Shown here piece after piece: positions 1 through 9,784 of a DNA stretch of 64,000 nucleotides. How positions within the stretch are numbered: position 1 is the stretch's first letter; every line of letters begins with the position of its first letter. The stretch lies in contig CBFGJX010000004.1 of assembly GCA_965649225.1 (NCBI GenBank), positions 22,230 through 86,229 of the forward strand, in the 5' to 3' direction. The position numbers and the translations under genes are program-made. This DNA comes from a candidate division WOR-3 bacterium (GTDB lineage Bacteria > Hydrothermota > Tepidihabitantia > Tepidihabitantales > Tepidihabitantaceae). The notes below the pieces were generated by a model. The model had not been told where the DNA came from. It saw nothing but the letters and a program-made list of their open reading frames with translations, and did not search any database.

Positions 1-2
1 GT

Positions 3-449
3 CAGCGGTTTGCCGGCAGTTTCCGGATACAACTGCCCGGCCGTTACCGGCTGGAGGTGCGTTCGCCCAAACGCCAGTTGATTGTCTGCGACAGCGCGAC
101 ACTGTGGATTTATCTGCCCGACGAGAAACGGGCGCTGCGACAGGCGGCGATTGGTGCGTCACCGGTGCTGGCATTTCTCGATCCGGTGCTGGACCCGAAT
201 ACCGATGCGCTGGTGCTGGTCGATTCGACCGGCCGGACACGCGTGCGGGTGCTGACCCCGGATTCGCTGTCGGCGCTGGCTGACCTGGAGCTGGAGCTTG
301 ATCCGGCCGGCCGGCGGATTGACGCCTTTTCGTTTACCGACGGCTGGGGCAACAAGACCCGGTTCGTTCTCAAGAATCAGCAGTGGAATCAGCGGCTGGC
401 GCCGAAGCTGTTCGTCTTCACTCCACCCCGAGGCACGACGATTGAGTAG
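3..449 (+). CDS. lolA: Outer-membrane lipoprotein carrier LolA-like (5'-truncated by window edge)
   Basis: Frame open from window start; 'IVCDSATLWIYLPDEK' and C-terminal 'LFVFTPPRG' match the LolA pattern. Confidence 0.75.
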   Translation, partial: QRFAGSFRIQLPGRYRLEVRSPKRQLIVCDSATLWIYLPDEKRALRQAAIGASPVLAFLDPVLDPNTDALVLVDSTGRTRVRVLTPDSLSALADLELELDPAGRRIDAFSFTDGWGNKTRFVLKNQQWNQRLAPKLFVFTPPRGTTIE

Positions 450-843
450 GCCGCAGCAGTTCGAAGACCGGGGCACCTGTTTTGCCTGCGGCCGCGACAA
501 TCCCCACGGGCTGCAGCTGCCGATTCGGCCGGCAGCCGAGGGGGTCGAGCTGGAATGGTCGGTGCCCGACCGCTATACCGGCTGGCGCAATGTCGTCCAC
601 GGCGGGATTGTCGCGACGATTCTCGATGAGCTGATGGCATGGGCCTGTTCCAGCCGCGGCACCTACACGGTCACGGCCGAACTGGCGGTGCGGTTTCGCC
701 ACCCGCTGCCGGCGGCGACGCCTTTCCGCGGCTTTGGTTCGGTTACCGGCGAAAAGGGTCGGGTGCTGTTTGCCCAGAGCCGCATCACACTGCCGGACGG
801 CACGCTCGTTGCCGAGGCGACCGGCAAGATGATGAAAGTCTGA
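442..843 (+). CDS. PaaI-family hotdog-fold thioesterase
   Basis: 'CFACGRDNPHGLQL' and 'VVHGGIVATILDE'; TTG start at 442 overlapping the lolA end. Confidence 0.85.
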   Translation: MSRPQQFEDRGTCFACGRDNPHGLQLPIRPAAEGVELEWSVPDRYTGWRNVVHGGIVATILDELMAWACSSRGTYTVTAELAVRFRHPLPAATPFRGFGSVTGEKGRVLFAQSRITLPDGTLVAEATGKMMKV

Positions 844-845
844 CC

Positions 846-2210
846 GTGCCGACGGCCGCGGTCATTCTGCTCGGCTGTCCCAAAAACCAGTACGACACCG
901 AATATGTTCTCGGCGCGCTGGTTCGCGCCGGTTTTGAGCTGGTTACCAGTCCCGCCCGGGCCGATGTCATTGTCATCACCACCTGCGCCTTTCTTCGTTC
1001 GGCAGTGCAGGAGGCGGAGACGGCGATCGCGACGGCGCTGAAAGTCAAGCGGCAGCGGCCGGAGGTGAAGATTGCCGTCGCGGGGTGTCTGGTGCAGCGG
1101 TATGGTGCGGCACTGGTCGAGCGTTTTCCCGCGGTTGACCTGTGGGTCGGGGTGGATGGACTGGGCCGGATTCCCCGGCTGCTCGGGCGACGCGGACTGT
1201 ATTCGGCCGGTGAACCGCGGTCGCTTCTGCCGGCTGGCGGCAGCCGGGTGTTGTCAACCCCGCGTCACTATGCCTGGTTGAAGATTGCCGATGGCTGTGA
1301 CAACCGGTGTTCCTACTGTCTGATTCCGGGCCTGCGCGGCCGGCGGCGTTCCCGGTCGCTGCGTTCGATTGTCGCCGAAGCGCGCGGGCTGGTGCGACTG
1401 GGGGTGCGCGAGCTGGTGCTGGTGGCACAGGACACTGCGGCCTGGGGCCGTGACCTCGCCGGTGCGCCGGATATTGCCCGGCTGCTGGCCCGGCTGGGGC
1501 GGCTGAGCGGTCTGGGCTGGCTGCGGTTGATGTATGCCCATCCGGCTCATGTCACCGATCGGCTGATTGCCGAGCTCGGCCACAACCCGAAACTGTGCCG
1601 CTATCTCGACCTGCCGGTTCAGCATTGCAGTGACCGGATACTGCGGGCGATGAACCGGCATCATCGTCGCGCCGATCTGGAACGGTTGCTGGAAAAGTTG
1701 CGCCGGGTGCCCGGCCTGCAGCTGCGGACAACGATTATCGTTGGTTTTCCGGGCGAGGGCGAGCGCGAGTTTCGCGAACTGACAGAGTTTGTCCGGACGG
1801 TGCAGTTCGAGCGGCTGTCGGTGTATGCTTTTTCGGCCGAGCCGGGTACGGCCGCCGCCGGCATGAAGGGTCAGGTGCCGGAACCGGTCAAGCGTGAGCG
1901 GGTACGGGAGCTGATGAAGCTGCAGGCGGCGGTTTCGCGCAACCACCGGCAACGACTGGTGGGAAAGGAATTGCTGGTGCTGGTGGACCGGCCCGGCATC
2001 GCCCGTACCGAGTGGGATGCACCGGAAGTGGACGGGGTGGTGCGGCTGAAAGGCCGGCCGGTAGCGCCGGGACGGTTTGTGCGCTGCCGGGTGACGGGCG
2101 CAACCACTCATGACCTTGTTGCCACCGTGCCGGCAGGCTCTCTCTTCCGGCGGGAAGCGGACGGCATGTGCGTTGACACCCGGGTCGTTGCCGATAGAAT
2201 CGGCCCGTGA
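846..2210 (+). CDS. rimO: Ribosomal protein S12 methylthiotransferase (radical SAM)
   Basis: 'LGCPKN', 'ADGCDNRCSYC' radical-SAM motif, 'DAPEVDG' TRAM region; GTG at 846. Confidence 0.9.
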   Translation: MPTAAVILLGCPKNQYDTEYVLGALVRAGFELVTSPARADVIVITTCAFLRSAVQEAETAIATALKVKRQRPEVKIAVAGCLVQRYGAALVERFPAVDLWVGVDGLGRIPRLLGRRGLYSAGEPRSLLPAGGSRVLSTPRHYAWLKIADGCDNRCSYCLIPGLRGRRRSRSLRSIVAEARGLVRLGVRELVLVAQDTAAWGRDLAGAPDIARLLARLGRLSGLGWLRLMYAHPAHVTDRLIAELGHNPKLCRYLDLPVQHCSDRILRAMNRHHRRADLERLLEKLRRVPGLQLRTTIIVGFPGEGEREFRELTEFVRTVQFERLSVYAFSAEPGTAAAGMKGQVPEPVKRERVRELMKLQAAVSRNHRQRLVGKELLVLVDRPGIARTEWDAPEVDGVVRLKGRPVAPGRFVRCRVTGATTHDLVATVPAGSLFRREADGMCVDTRVVADRIGP

Positions 2211-2836
2211 GCAGACAGGTGGTCGGTATCGGTGTGCTGGCTTCGGGCCGCGGCTCCAATTTCGCGGCACTGGCGCGGGCCGCGGCCGCACCGGATTCTG
2301 GTGGCAGCATCCGGCTGCTGGTGGTCAACGTGCCCGGTGCCGGGGCACTGGCGCTGGCCCGGGAGTTGAATGTTCCGGCGAAGACAATCGACCACCGCGA
2401 TTTCCGCTGCCGGGCTGACTTCGAACGGGCGGTTATTGCCGAGTTCGATGCCGCCGGGGTGGAGCTGGTCTGTCTGGCCGGTTTTATGCGCATACTGTCG
2501 CCGGTGTTTGTCCGCCACTATCCGAACCGGGTGATGAATATTCACCCGTCGCTGCTGCCGGCCTTTGCCGGACTGCAGGGGCTGGCGGTGCATGCGGCGG
2601 TGCTTGAACACGGCTGCAAGGTGACCGGCTGCACCGTTCACTTTGTCAATGAGGCGGTTGACGCCGGTCCGATAATCGTTCAGCGCGCGGTGCCGGTGGC
2701 CGAGGACGATACACCCGAGTCGCTGGCGGCGCGGGTACTGGTTGAAGAGCACCAGGCCTATGTTGAAGCGGTGCGGCTGTACTGCGCCGGAAGGCTGCAG
2801 GTGGTCGGCCGGATTGTCAGGGTCAAACCGCAATGA
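2207..2836 (+). CDS. purN: Phosphoribosylglycinamide formyltransferase
   Basis: 'SGRGSNF', 'LAGFMRIL', 'NIHPSLLP', 'GCTVHFV', 'DAGPII'. Confidence 0.95.
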   Translation: MSRQVVGIGVLASGRGSNFAALARAAAAPDSGGSIRLLVVNVPGAGALALARELNVPAKTIDHRDFRCRADFERAVIAEFDAAGVELVCLAGFMRILSPVFVRHYPNRVMNIHPSLLPAFAGLQGLAVHAAVLEHGCKVTGCTVHFVNEAVDAGPIIVQRAVPVAEDDTPESLAARVLVEEHQAYVEAVRLYCAGRLQVVGRIVRVKPQ

Positions 2837-3849
2837 GTGTTCGCAGAGTCAGGGTGGCACTGGTCGGCTGCGGCGCGCAGGCCCAGCTTGCCCATATTCC
2901 GGCGCTGCGGGCCAATCCGGGCGTGGAGCTGGCGGCACTCTGCGATACCGATGCCCGCAAGGTCAACCATCTCTGTTCGCTTTACAACGTGCCGCGCCGG
3001 GTGCTGGATTTCGACGATATCCGCGATGCCGAAGACATCGATGCCGTGGTCATCGCCACTCCCAATCACCTGCATGCGCCAATGGCCACCGCGGCACTGG
3101 GAGCGGGCAAGGATGTGCTCTGTGAGATGCCGCTGGGAATGAACTCGGCCGAGGTCGAGCGGATGATTGCGGTTGCCCGGGCCAACAAGCGGATTCTGAC
3201 GCCGTGTCTGAACACCCGGCTGCGGCCCGATGTTCAGACAATCAAGCGGTTCATCGTCGGCGGCGAGCTGGGAGCGCTGTACTATGCCAAGACCGGCTGG
3301 CTGCAGGGACGCGAGTCGTGGTCGCTGGCCGGCTGGCGGGGCGAGCGGCTGCGGGCCGGCGGCGGCGCGTTTCTGAGCCTGGGCACGACACTGCTGGACG
3401 CGGCGCTGTTTCTGCTCGAGGCGCACCGGCCGGTTTCGGTTATCGGCGCCGCTCATCACCGCGCGCCTCGTGCCGAGGTTGAAGACACCGCGTTTGCAAT
3501 GGTGCGGTTTGAACCCGATCTGCTGCTGACCGTCGAGGTCGGCTGGAGTCTGTTGATGGAGCACGACTTCAACTATCTCAATCTGATGGGCAATTCGGGG
3601 GCGGCACTGCTCAATCCGATTCAGGTGCACAAGGAAATGCACGGGCATCTGGTGAATGTCACGCCGCAGATTCCGGCCAAGGGTATTCAGCGTGCTTCGC
3701 ACCGGATGCTGATTGACCTGTGGGTTGACTCGATGCAGAAGGGCCGGCCGGCGGCAGTCACCGCCGAGCAGGCACTGGCGATCAGTCGGCTTACCGATGC
3801 TTTCTACCGTTCGGTTCAGACCCGCGCCGAGGTGAAGCTCGATTCGTAA
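2833..3849 (+). CDS. Gfo/Idh/MocA-family oxidoreductase
   Basis: Rossmann 'VALVGCG', 'DAVVIATPNHLH', 'VLCEMPL'. Confidence 0.88.
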   Translation: MSVRRVRVALVGCGAQAQLAHIPALRANPGVELAALCDTDARKVNHLCSLYNVPRRVLDFDDIRDAEDIDAVVIATPNHLHAPMATAALGAGKDVLCEMPLGMNSAEVERMIAVARANKRILTPCLNTRLRPDVQTIKRFIVGGELGALYYAKTGWLQGRESWSLAGWRGERLRAGGGAFLSLGTTLLDAALFLLEAHRPVSVIGAAHHRAPRAEVEDTAFAMVRFEPDLLLTVEVGWSLLMEHDFNYLNLMGNSGAALLNPIQVHKEMHGHLVNVTPQIPAKGIQRASHRMLIDLWVDSMQKGRPAAVTAEQALAISRLTDAFYRSVQTRAEVKLDS

Positions 3850-5326
3850 AATCCTTGTCCTGGCTGCGGCCGCGCTGGCGCTGGCCCTGGCTTTCGCTCC
3901 GTTCCCGTTGCGACCGCTGGCACTGGTCGGGCTGGTGCCTTTCCTGCGGATTCTGCTGGCGGCACCACCGCGCCGGGCGTTTCTGTGGGGCTGGCTGTTC
4001 GGCGGACTGGTGGCGGCCGGGCACCTGTGGTGGGTGTGGTTTCTGACCGTCCCGGTGGAGCCGGTGACAAGGCTGCTGCTCAATCTCGGGGTCGGGCTGA
4101 TGTTTGTCTACCTCGGGCTGTACACCGGCCTGTTTGCCGTCGTGGTGCGACGGCTCGGCCTGTGGGCCGCGCCGCTGTGCTGGCCGCTTCTGGAGCTTGC
4201 GCTCAGCCGCACTCAGATTGCTTTCCCGTGGAATCTGCTCGGTGCCAGCATGACCCCGTGGCTGCCTTTTGCCGGGCTGGCGGCGCTGGGCGGAGTCTAT
4301 CTGGTATCGGCCTGGGTCGTGCTCGTCAATGTGCTGGTGTACCGGCTGGTGTTCACGCCGCGACGCGCAACGGCGGTGCTGGGGCTGGGGCTGGCGCTGG
4401 TGCTGCCGCTGGGCTACCACGCGCTGCGGGTTCGACCACTGGAGAAGTGGTTCACGGTTGCAATCGTCCAGCCCAACGTCTCGCCGCTGGACAAGGGCGA
4501 CTGGGATTCGCGCGAGCGGATTCAGGCCGACCTCGTGCGGCTCAGCCGTACCGCCGCCAGCCGACGGCCCGACCTGCTTGTCTTTCCGGAGACCGCGACG
4601 CTGGTTGACGTTACCCGTTCCAGCACCATCGGCCCGGTACTGCGCGAACTGGTGGACTCGCTTGACGTCGAACTGTTCACCGGCACGCCGCTTTACGACG
4701 ACTCGGCCCGCACCTGGCACAACGGTGCAGCACTCATCCGGCCGGGCGAATGGCCGCCGGTGCAGCGCTACTACAAGATGTTTCTCGTCCCGTTTTCGGA
4801 GAAGATTCCTTACTCCGACGAACTGCCGTTTGTCCGCAAACTCATCGGCACATCGGACATGGGTGACTGGGCGCGGGGACATGACTGGACCGTGTTCCAG
4901 TGGCGCAAGGGGACGCTCTCCGGCCATATCTGCTTTGAAATCATTTTTCCCCAGCACGCGCGCCAGCTGGCCCGCCGCGGTTCGATGCTGCTGGTGAACG
5001 TCACCAACGACGGCTGGTTCGGCCGGCTGCCCGGTGCGCACCAGCATGCCGAACTCTCGGTGATGCGCGCGATCGAAACCGGCCTGCCGCTGGTCAGGAG
5101 CGCCAACAACGGCATCTCGATGGTCGTCGACCCCTACGGCCGGGTGATTGCCCGCACGCGGCTGTTTGAACAGACGGTGCTCGTCGCCGACGTGCCCGAA
5201 CCAGGCGTGGTGCCGCCCTATCGCATCTGGGGTGACTGGCCGCTGCTGCTTGCCTGCCTGATACCGCTGGTCATCGTCGCGCGCCGCCGCTGGCGGGCAG
5301 GCCGGCGGTCAGCAGCCGGAAGCTGA
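3842..5326 (+). CDS. lnt: Apolipoprotein N-acyltransferase
   Basis: 'VFPETA', 'KMFLVPFSE', 'ICFEIIFP', 'TNDGWFG', 'RSANNGIS'; conserved N-terminal 'LAFAPF' lies upstream of the TTG at 3908, implying an ATT start at 3842. Confidence 0.9.
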   Translation: MRKILVLAAAALALALAFAPFPLRPLALVGLVPFLRILLAAPPRRAFLWGWLFGGLVAAGHLWWVWFLTVPVEPVTRLLLNLGVGLMFVYLGLYTGLFAVVVRRLGLWAAPLCWPLLELALSRTQIAFPWNLLGASMTPWLPFAGLAALGGVYLVSAWVVLVNVLVYRLVFTPRRATAVLGLGLALVLPLGYHALRVRPLEKWFTVAIVQPNVSPLDKGDWDSRERIQADLVRLSRTAASRRPDLLVFPETATLVDVTRSSTIGPVLRELVDSLDVELFTGTPLYDDSARTWHNGAALIRPGEWPPVQRYYKMFLVPFSEKIPYSDELPFVRKLIGTSDMGDWARGHDWTVFQWRKGTLSGHICFEIIFPQHARQLARRGSMLLVNVTNDGWFGRLPGAHQHAELSVMRAIETGLPLVRSANNGISMVVDPYGRVIARTRLFEQTVLVADVPEPGVVPPYRIWGDWPLLLACLIPLVIVARRRWRAGRRSAAGS

Positions 5327-5676
5327 CAGTCTGAAGTCCCGCGTGTCGTACTGACGCGGCGAGCGAAAGCGAGGCCGGCATGGCGATGCGGGCAGTTGTT
5401 GCGGCCGGACCCGGAAATGATTCAACCCACTGCGGTAATCTTTGGCCGGCGGCATTGCAGTCACCCGCTTCCGTTTGCTTCAGAAGTCGGAGAGTGCCGG
5501 GCCGGAAAGCCGCCGGGGGAACGAGGGGGGCATTTCGCGACACCGGCGGCCAAATGACCGCCGAGTCTGAAGATAGCCGCAGTGACGCGGGCCAGGTGGA
5601 TTTAGCCTGAGATTATAAACCAGGCAGCAGGACGACGCAGTGTATCCCGGCTGCACCAGTGTCGCCGGCAGTGGGG

Positions 5677-7326
5677 TCAGTTGAGTTTGACTGCCAGTAC
5701 CAGCGGCCGGGTGATGGTTTCGGTTTTGCCGTCGTCGCGCGCCGCCTTGACAGCTATCAGATAGATGCCGGGGCCGAGCCGGCGGCCGAGCCGGTCGGTG
5801 CCGTCCCATTTGAGGTCGTAGTAGCCGCCGGGCGCATTGGACAGCAGGGTATTGGCCAGTCTGCCCTGCAGGTCATAGATTTCGACCGTCAGCCGGTAAC
5901 CGATGCGGGGTGAGTTGAGCTGGATGGTGGCAACTTCGCCCAGTTCGGGCGCAAACGGATTGGGAGTGATGGTGTCAATCTTCAGCTGTTCGGCTGGCTC
6001 GAAGACGGCGGACGTGTCGTTCAGGTCGGCGTTGAAGCGGGGGAGAAGCTGATAGCCGCTGGTGTAGGGTTCGGAGTTGTCGTACTGGCCGACGATGCCG
6101 GTGATGCGCAGCCGCATGCCGCGACTGATGGGCAGCGTCACCCGGGCAGCGTCGTTGATGCGCACCGCGATTGCCGGAGTGCCGTTTTTGATCGTCATGT
6201 TGTAGCCGGAGCCGGAACGGACCGGCGGCTGGATGACATCGCCGACAACCGTAATCAGGTCGCTTTCCATTGATTCGGACAGGCCGGTGTTGAAAGGGAG
6301 TATCCGGGCCGGTGGCACCCAGCGGGAGGTGTCGGCCAGCACCATCACGCCGTTGGCCAGTTCGGTCAGGCCGTTGTATTCGGTTACCCGGGCAATGACA
6401 TCCCAGCGGGTGCCCAGCGTGTCGAGCAGGGCAACGTGGGTGGTGTCGTAGCTGCAGCCGTAAACGTTGATGCCGGCAGTCGAATCCTGAATGTAGAGAC
6501 TCTTGGCGCCGACGGTGAAGGTTGCGGCCGGGCCGGTTATCCAGCCTTTGACTCTTACCAGCTGGTCGAGCAGCCGGGGAGTGACGCCGTCCGGACCCGG
6601 GCGCTGCACTTCCTCGATTGGCAGCACCGGCATGTCGCTGGCCGAGCGCGAGAAATCACGGCGATAGCGGGGCAGTACCTGGTAGCCGGCAAGCGGCTGC
6701 AGCGTGTCGGCGGTGTACTGGCTCTTGATGCAGGTGAGGGTGAAGGTGTCGCTGAGGCAGATCAGTCCGGGAATCTCGGTCTGGGCGTCGATGCGCATCT
6801 GGGTGGAGCCGCTGGCGTCGCTGATGGTGTAGTTGGCGTTGCCGGTGAGAATCAAGGCACTGGTGCGGACGCCGATGATTTTCACCAGTTCGCCCTCGAA
6901 TGTTTCCTGGTTTGCCTCGGCGCAGGTGATGGTGCGGGGTTCGGGCAGCGGGCGGCCGCTGGCAACTACCGTGACCGTGGCATTCGAGACCTCGGTCTTG
7001 CCGCGGTACCAGTCAACCCGGCCGGCGACGATGACGCTGTCGCCGAGTTCGGCATTCTGCATCGTGAAGCTGAAGACGTTGACGCCCGCCGAGCTGTCCT
7101 GAACGTAGATGTCAAGATAGCGCGTGTCGAAGATGCTGTCCGGTGCAGTGACGATGCCGGTGATGGTGACGCTCTGACCGCGGCGGTCCGGTCTGCCGTC
7201 AGCGTTGGCATCAACAATGACCGCACGGATTGGCTCCGGCTGCGCGAAAGCGACGGCGGCAAGCAGCATCAGGGCCGGAATCGGTCGGCGGCTGGTGGCG
7301 GTGCCGAAGGGGTGGTTGATTGTCAT
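5677..7326 (-). CDS. Secreted protein with repeated OB-fold-like modules and C-terminal FlgD-Ig/CTD domain
   Basis: Repeated 'YVQDSSAGVNV'/'YIQDSTAGINV' and 'YQVLPR'/'YQLLPR'; C-terminal 'PNPF...IYDLQGRL...WDGTD...GIYL'. Confidence 0.7.
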   Translation of the reverse strand: MTINHPFGTATSRRPIPALMLLAAVAFAQPEPIRAVIVDANADGRPDRRGQSVTITGIVTAPDSIFDTRYLDIYVQDSSAGVNVFSFTMQNAELGDSVIVAGRVDWYRGKTEVSNATVTVVASGRPLPEPRTITCAEANQETFEGELVKIIGVRTSALILTGNANYTISDASGSTQMRIDAQTEIPGLICLSDTFTLTCIKSQYTADTLQPLAGYQVLPRYRRDFSRSASDMPVLPIEEVQRPGPDGVTPRLLDQLVRVKGWITGPAATFTVGAKSLYIQDSTAGINVYGCSYDTTHVALLDTLGTRWDVIARVTEYNGLTELANGVMVLADTSRWVPPARILPFNTGLSESMESDLITVVGDVIQPPVRSGSGYNMTIKNGTPAIAVRINDAARVTLPISRGMRLRITGIVGQYDNSEPYTSGYQLLPRFNADLNDTSAVFEPAEQLKIDTITPNPFAPELGEVATIQLNSPRIGYRLTVEIYDLQGRLANTLLSNAPGGYYDLKWDGTDRLGRRLGPGIYLIAVKAARDDGKTETITRPLVLAVKLN

Positions 7327-8585
7327 TTTGCCAGCTCTCTTTCTACTGCCAGCGCGGCTTCATCCAGCGCCGCTTTGGCGCTCTTCTCGCCGCGCATAAT
7401 CTTCTCCAGCGCTTCGCCCAGTATCCGGCGGCCGGCGAACCACGCTTCGCTGCGTGGTTCGAACGACATCCACTCCAGCTGGGCCAGTTCATCGGCCAGA
7501 CCGGGAATCGATTCAATCATTGCCGCATAGGCCGGCACTACCAGTGAACTGCGCCGGGCCGGCACGTAGGCGGTGCGGATTGCCCATTCGGCCTGGGCTT
7601 CGGTGCCGGTGAACCACTTGATAAACTTCCAGCAGGCCGCGGCCTGAGCCGGTGTGCCGGTGCGGAAGACGCCGATGTTGGTGCCGAACGACAGGACATT
7701 GGGCCGGTCCCAGGTCGGAATGGCGGCGATGCCGACCGGAAAAGTCATGTTTGGCCGCATGAAAGACCACGATACCGAAGTGCCCCAGATAACCGCGATT
7801 TTGCCCGAAAGAAAATCGTTCTGCGGGTCGTAGCCGGCGGTGAACTGGGCGCTGGAATCGCGGGCGACGATGTCACGCATGAATTCGGCGGCGCGGATGC
7901 CGGCGGGTGAGTTGAAAAGCGCCTTGTGGGCCGATTCGTCGATGAAGTCACCGCCCTGCTGACGCAGCATGCAGCCGAACATCCATTCGTTGACGCCGCC
8001 GGCGGTACCCCAGATGCCGGCACTGCGGTTGGTGAGTTTTTTCACCATCGTCCGGAACTCGGGCCAGGTGCGGGGGAAACTGTCGTAGCCGGCGGCCTTG
8101 AGCATTTCGATGTTGTAAAAGAACACCGGCAGCGACTTGTTGAAGGGCAGGGTCACCAGCACGTCGTCCCAGGTGTTGTCGGCGATGAAGGCCGGATAGA
8201 AGTCGGCGAGGTCAGCGCCGGTGAGCCCGTCGGGACCGCGGACAAAACTGTCGAGCGGCAGCAGCTTGCCTAGGGCATGGAACTGAGTCGTCCAGGATTC
8301 GTACATCTGGGCCATGTTCGGTGGGGCCTCAACCTGCACCGCCCCCATCAGTTTCTGTGACAGGGTGGAGTAGCCGCCCATCGAAACCGGCACGATGTCG
8401 ATATCGGGGTTGGCCCGTTCAAACTCGGCAATCATCGAGTCCAGTGCCACCCCGAGCGGGCCGCCCATTGCGTGCCAGAAGGTTACCGACACCTTGCCTT
8501 TCTGCCCCGAAGATTTTGCCGGGCCGCAGCCGCAAAACAGCGCCAGAACAACGAAAAAGAGGACGATGGTTTTCAGTGGATTCAT
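7323..8585 (-). CDS. ABC transporter substrate-binding lipoprotein (sugar/glycerol-phosphate family 1)
   Basis: Lipobox-like 'LFCGC', 'TFWHAMGG', 'LPFNKS...FYN'. Confidence 0.85.
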   Translation of the reverse strand: MNPLKTIVLFFVVLALFCGCGPAKSSGQKGKVSVTFWHAMGGPLGVALDSMIAEFERANPDIDIVPVSMGGYSTLSQKLMGAVQVEAPPNMAQMYESWTTQFHALGKLLPLDSFVRGPDGLTGADLADFYPAFIADNTWDDVLVTLPFNKSLPVFFYNIEMLKAAGYDSFPRTWPEFRTMVKKLTNRSAGIWGTAGGVNEWMFGCMLRQQGGDFIDESAHKALFNSPAGIRAAEFMRDIVARDSSAQFTAGYDPQNDFLSGKIAVIWGTSVSWSFMRPNMTFPVGIAAIPTWDRPNVLSFGTNIGVFRTGTPAQAAACWKFIKWFTGTEAQAEWAIRTAYVPARRSSLVVPAYAAMIESIPGLADELAQLEWMSFEPRSEAWFAGRRILGEALEKIMRGEKSAKAALDEAALAVERELAK

Positions 8586-8591
8586 CGGGTC

Positions 8592-8619
8592 ATTCTAGAT
8601 GCCGACCCCAATCTGTCAA
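8592..8619 (-). promoter_or_regulatory. Sigma70-type promoter TTGACA-16-TAGAAT, probably leaderless transcript
   Basis: Reverse-strand motif; ATG at 8585 lies 6 nt after the -10 box. Confidence 0.7.
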
Positions 8620-8644
8620 ACCGCACCGGCCGCAGGGATGAAAA

Positions 8645-9517
8645 TCAGCCGGCGGCGGGAGGCTTTGGTTCGGCGACGGTGTCGGGTTGAAAAATCAGCC
8701 CGGCGCGGAGGGCATGAATGACGTCGCGGGCCCGGCCGAGCCGGGTGACGTCTTCCTCAACCGGAGGCACCGACCCGGCGCAATCGTCGCAGGGCGCCCA
8801 TTCGATCAGGTACCTGCCTTCGACTGCCCAGCCTTCGACTATCGGCTGGTCGGAACAGTCCAGCACGCGCAGCCAGGCCAGGCCGGGAATCTGCACCCGG
8901 GCTACGGTCAGTCTTTCCTCACAGTTCGGGCAGAACGCCGGGCGGCGCAGGCCAACTTCGGTGCTGGCCCGTTCCGCGATTTCATCCAGCGTCAGGTCGG
9001 GACCGTAGAGCCAGACCAGTTCCCGGGTGCCGTCGCTGCCGCGGCCGACTGCGGCCAGCAGCCAGAATTTGTCCAGCCGGGGACTGGTTTCATGCAGTTC
9101 CAGCCGGCGGCGTTCACGTTCCAGCGGTAGTTCGGCCAGGGCGGCGGCACGGAGTTCGTCGTCGGCGTGGCGGCGTTCCTGCCAGGCGGCCAGTTCGGCT
9201 TCGCCCCTGGCCTCTTCAACTTCAATGTTCTCGCTGCGCCGTTTGTGGAACAGCCAGTCAAAGAAAACCCGGATGCGGGCCAGTGCCGAGCGGTCGAAGT
9301 ACAACACCGCCGGCCAGGCGAAGATATAGAGCAGGAAGCGCAGCGCGCTGACAAAGACGTCCAGCACCAGTGTGCTGCGATTGTGGAATTCGCGGTCGAC
9401 AAAAATCAGACTGAGATGGTAGAGCAGTGCGATTGCAAAGCCGATATTCAGCCAGAGCAGCAGTATCGGCACACCGTAGCGGATGAGCTCAACTGCTGCG
9501 TCGGGATTGTCGGCCAT
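8645..9517 (-). CDS. Hypothetical membrane protein (2 TM helices, coiled region, CPNC...CDDC putative Zn site)
   Basis: Open frame with hydrophobic N-terminus; promoter TTGACG-16-TATGCT at 9556-9529. Confidence 0.65.
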   Translation of the reverse strand: MADNPDAAVELIRYGVPILLLWLNIGFAIALLYHLSLIFVDREFHNRSTLVLDVFVSALRFLLYIFAWPAVLYFDRSALARIRVFFDWLFHKRRSENIEVEEARGEAELAAWQERRHADDELRAAALAELPLERERRRLELHETSPRLDKFWLLAAVGRGSDGTRELVWLYGPDLTLDEIAERASTEVGLRRPAFCPNCEERLTVARVQIPGLAWLRVLDCSDQPIVEGWAVEGRYLIEWAPCDDCAGSVPPVEEDVTRLGRARDVIHALRAGLIFQPDTVAEPKPPAAG

Positions 9518-9605
9518 GGTGCAGAACCAGCATAGGCCGGCCCGGATGCTCGTCAAACCGATTGTTGACCGGTCGGGCAGCAGCCGTTAGGCTTTGGCCG
9601 CAATC

Positions 9606-9725
9606 ATGCGCGGGAAGTGGTTGACGAGGGCGAATCTGCTTGGTTGTCTGGGCCTTCTGGCCCTGCTGGGGCTGCTGGCACTGGCAGTGTTCATGTTCGT
9701 CATTCTCAAGATTACCTACGGGTAG
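9606..9725 (+). CDS. Small single-TM protein (39 aa)
   Basis: MRGKWLTRANLLGCLGLLALLGLLALAVFMFVILKITYG; TTGACC-17-TAGGCT at 9565-9593 just upstream. Confidence 0.5.
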   Translation: MRGKWLTRANLLGCLGLLALLGLLALAVFMFVILKITYG

Positions 9726-9784
9726 CCGGTGTCAGCCGGCGGCCGGCATTGACAGCGGGGCGGATATGGTTAGATCGATCCAGC

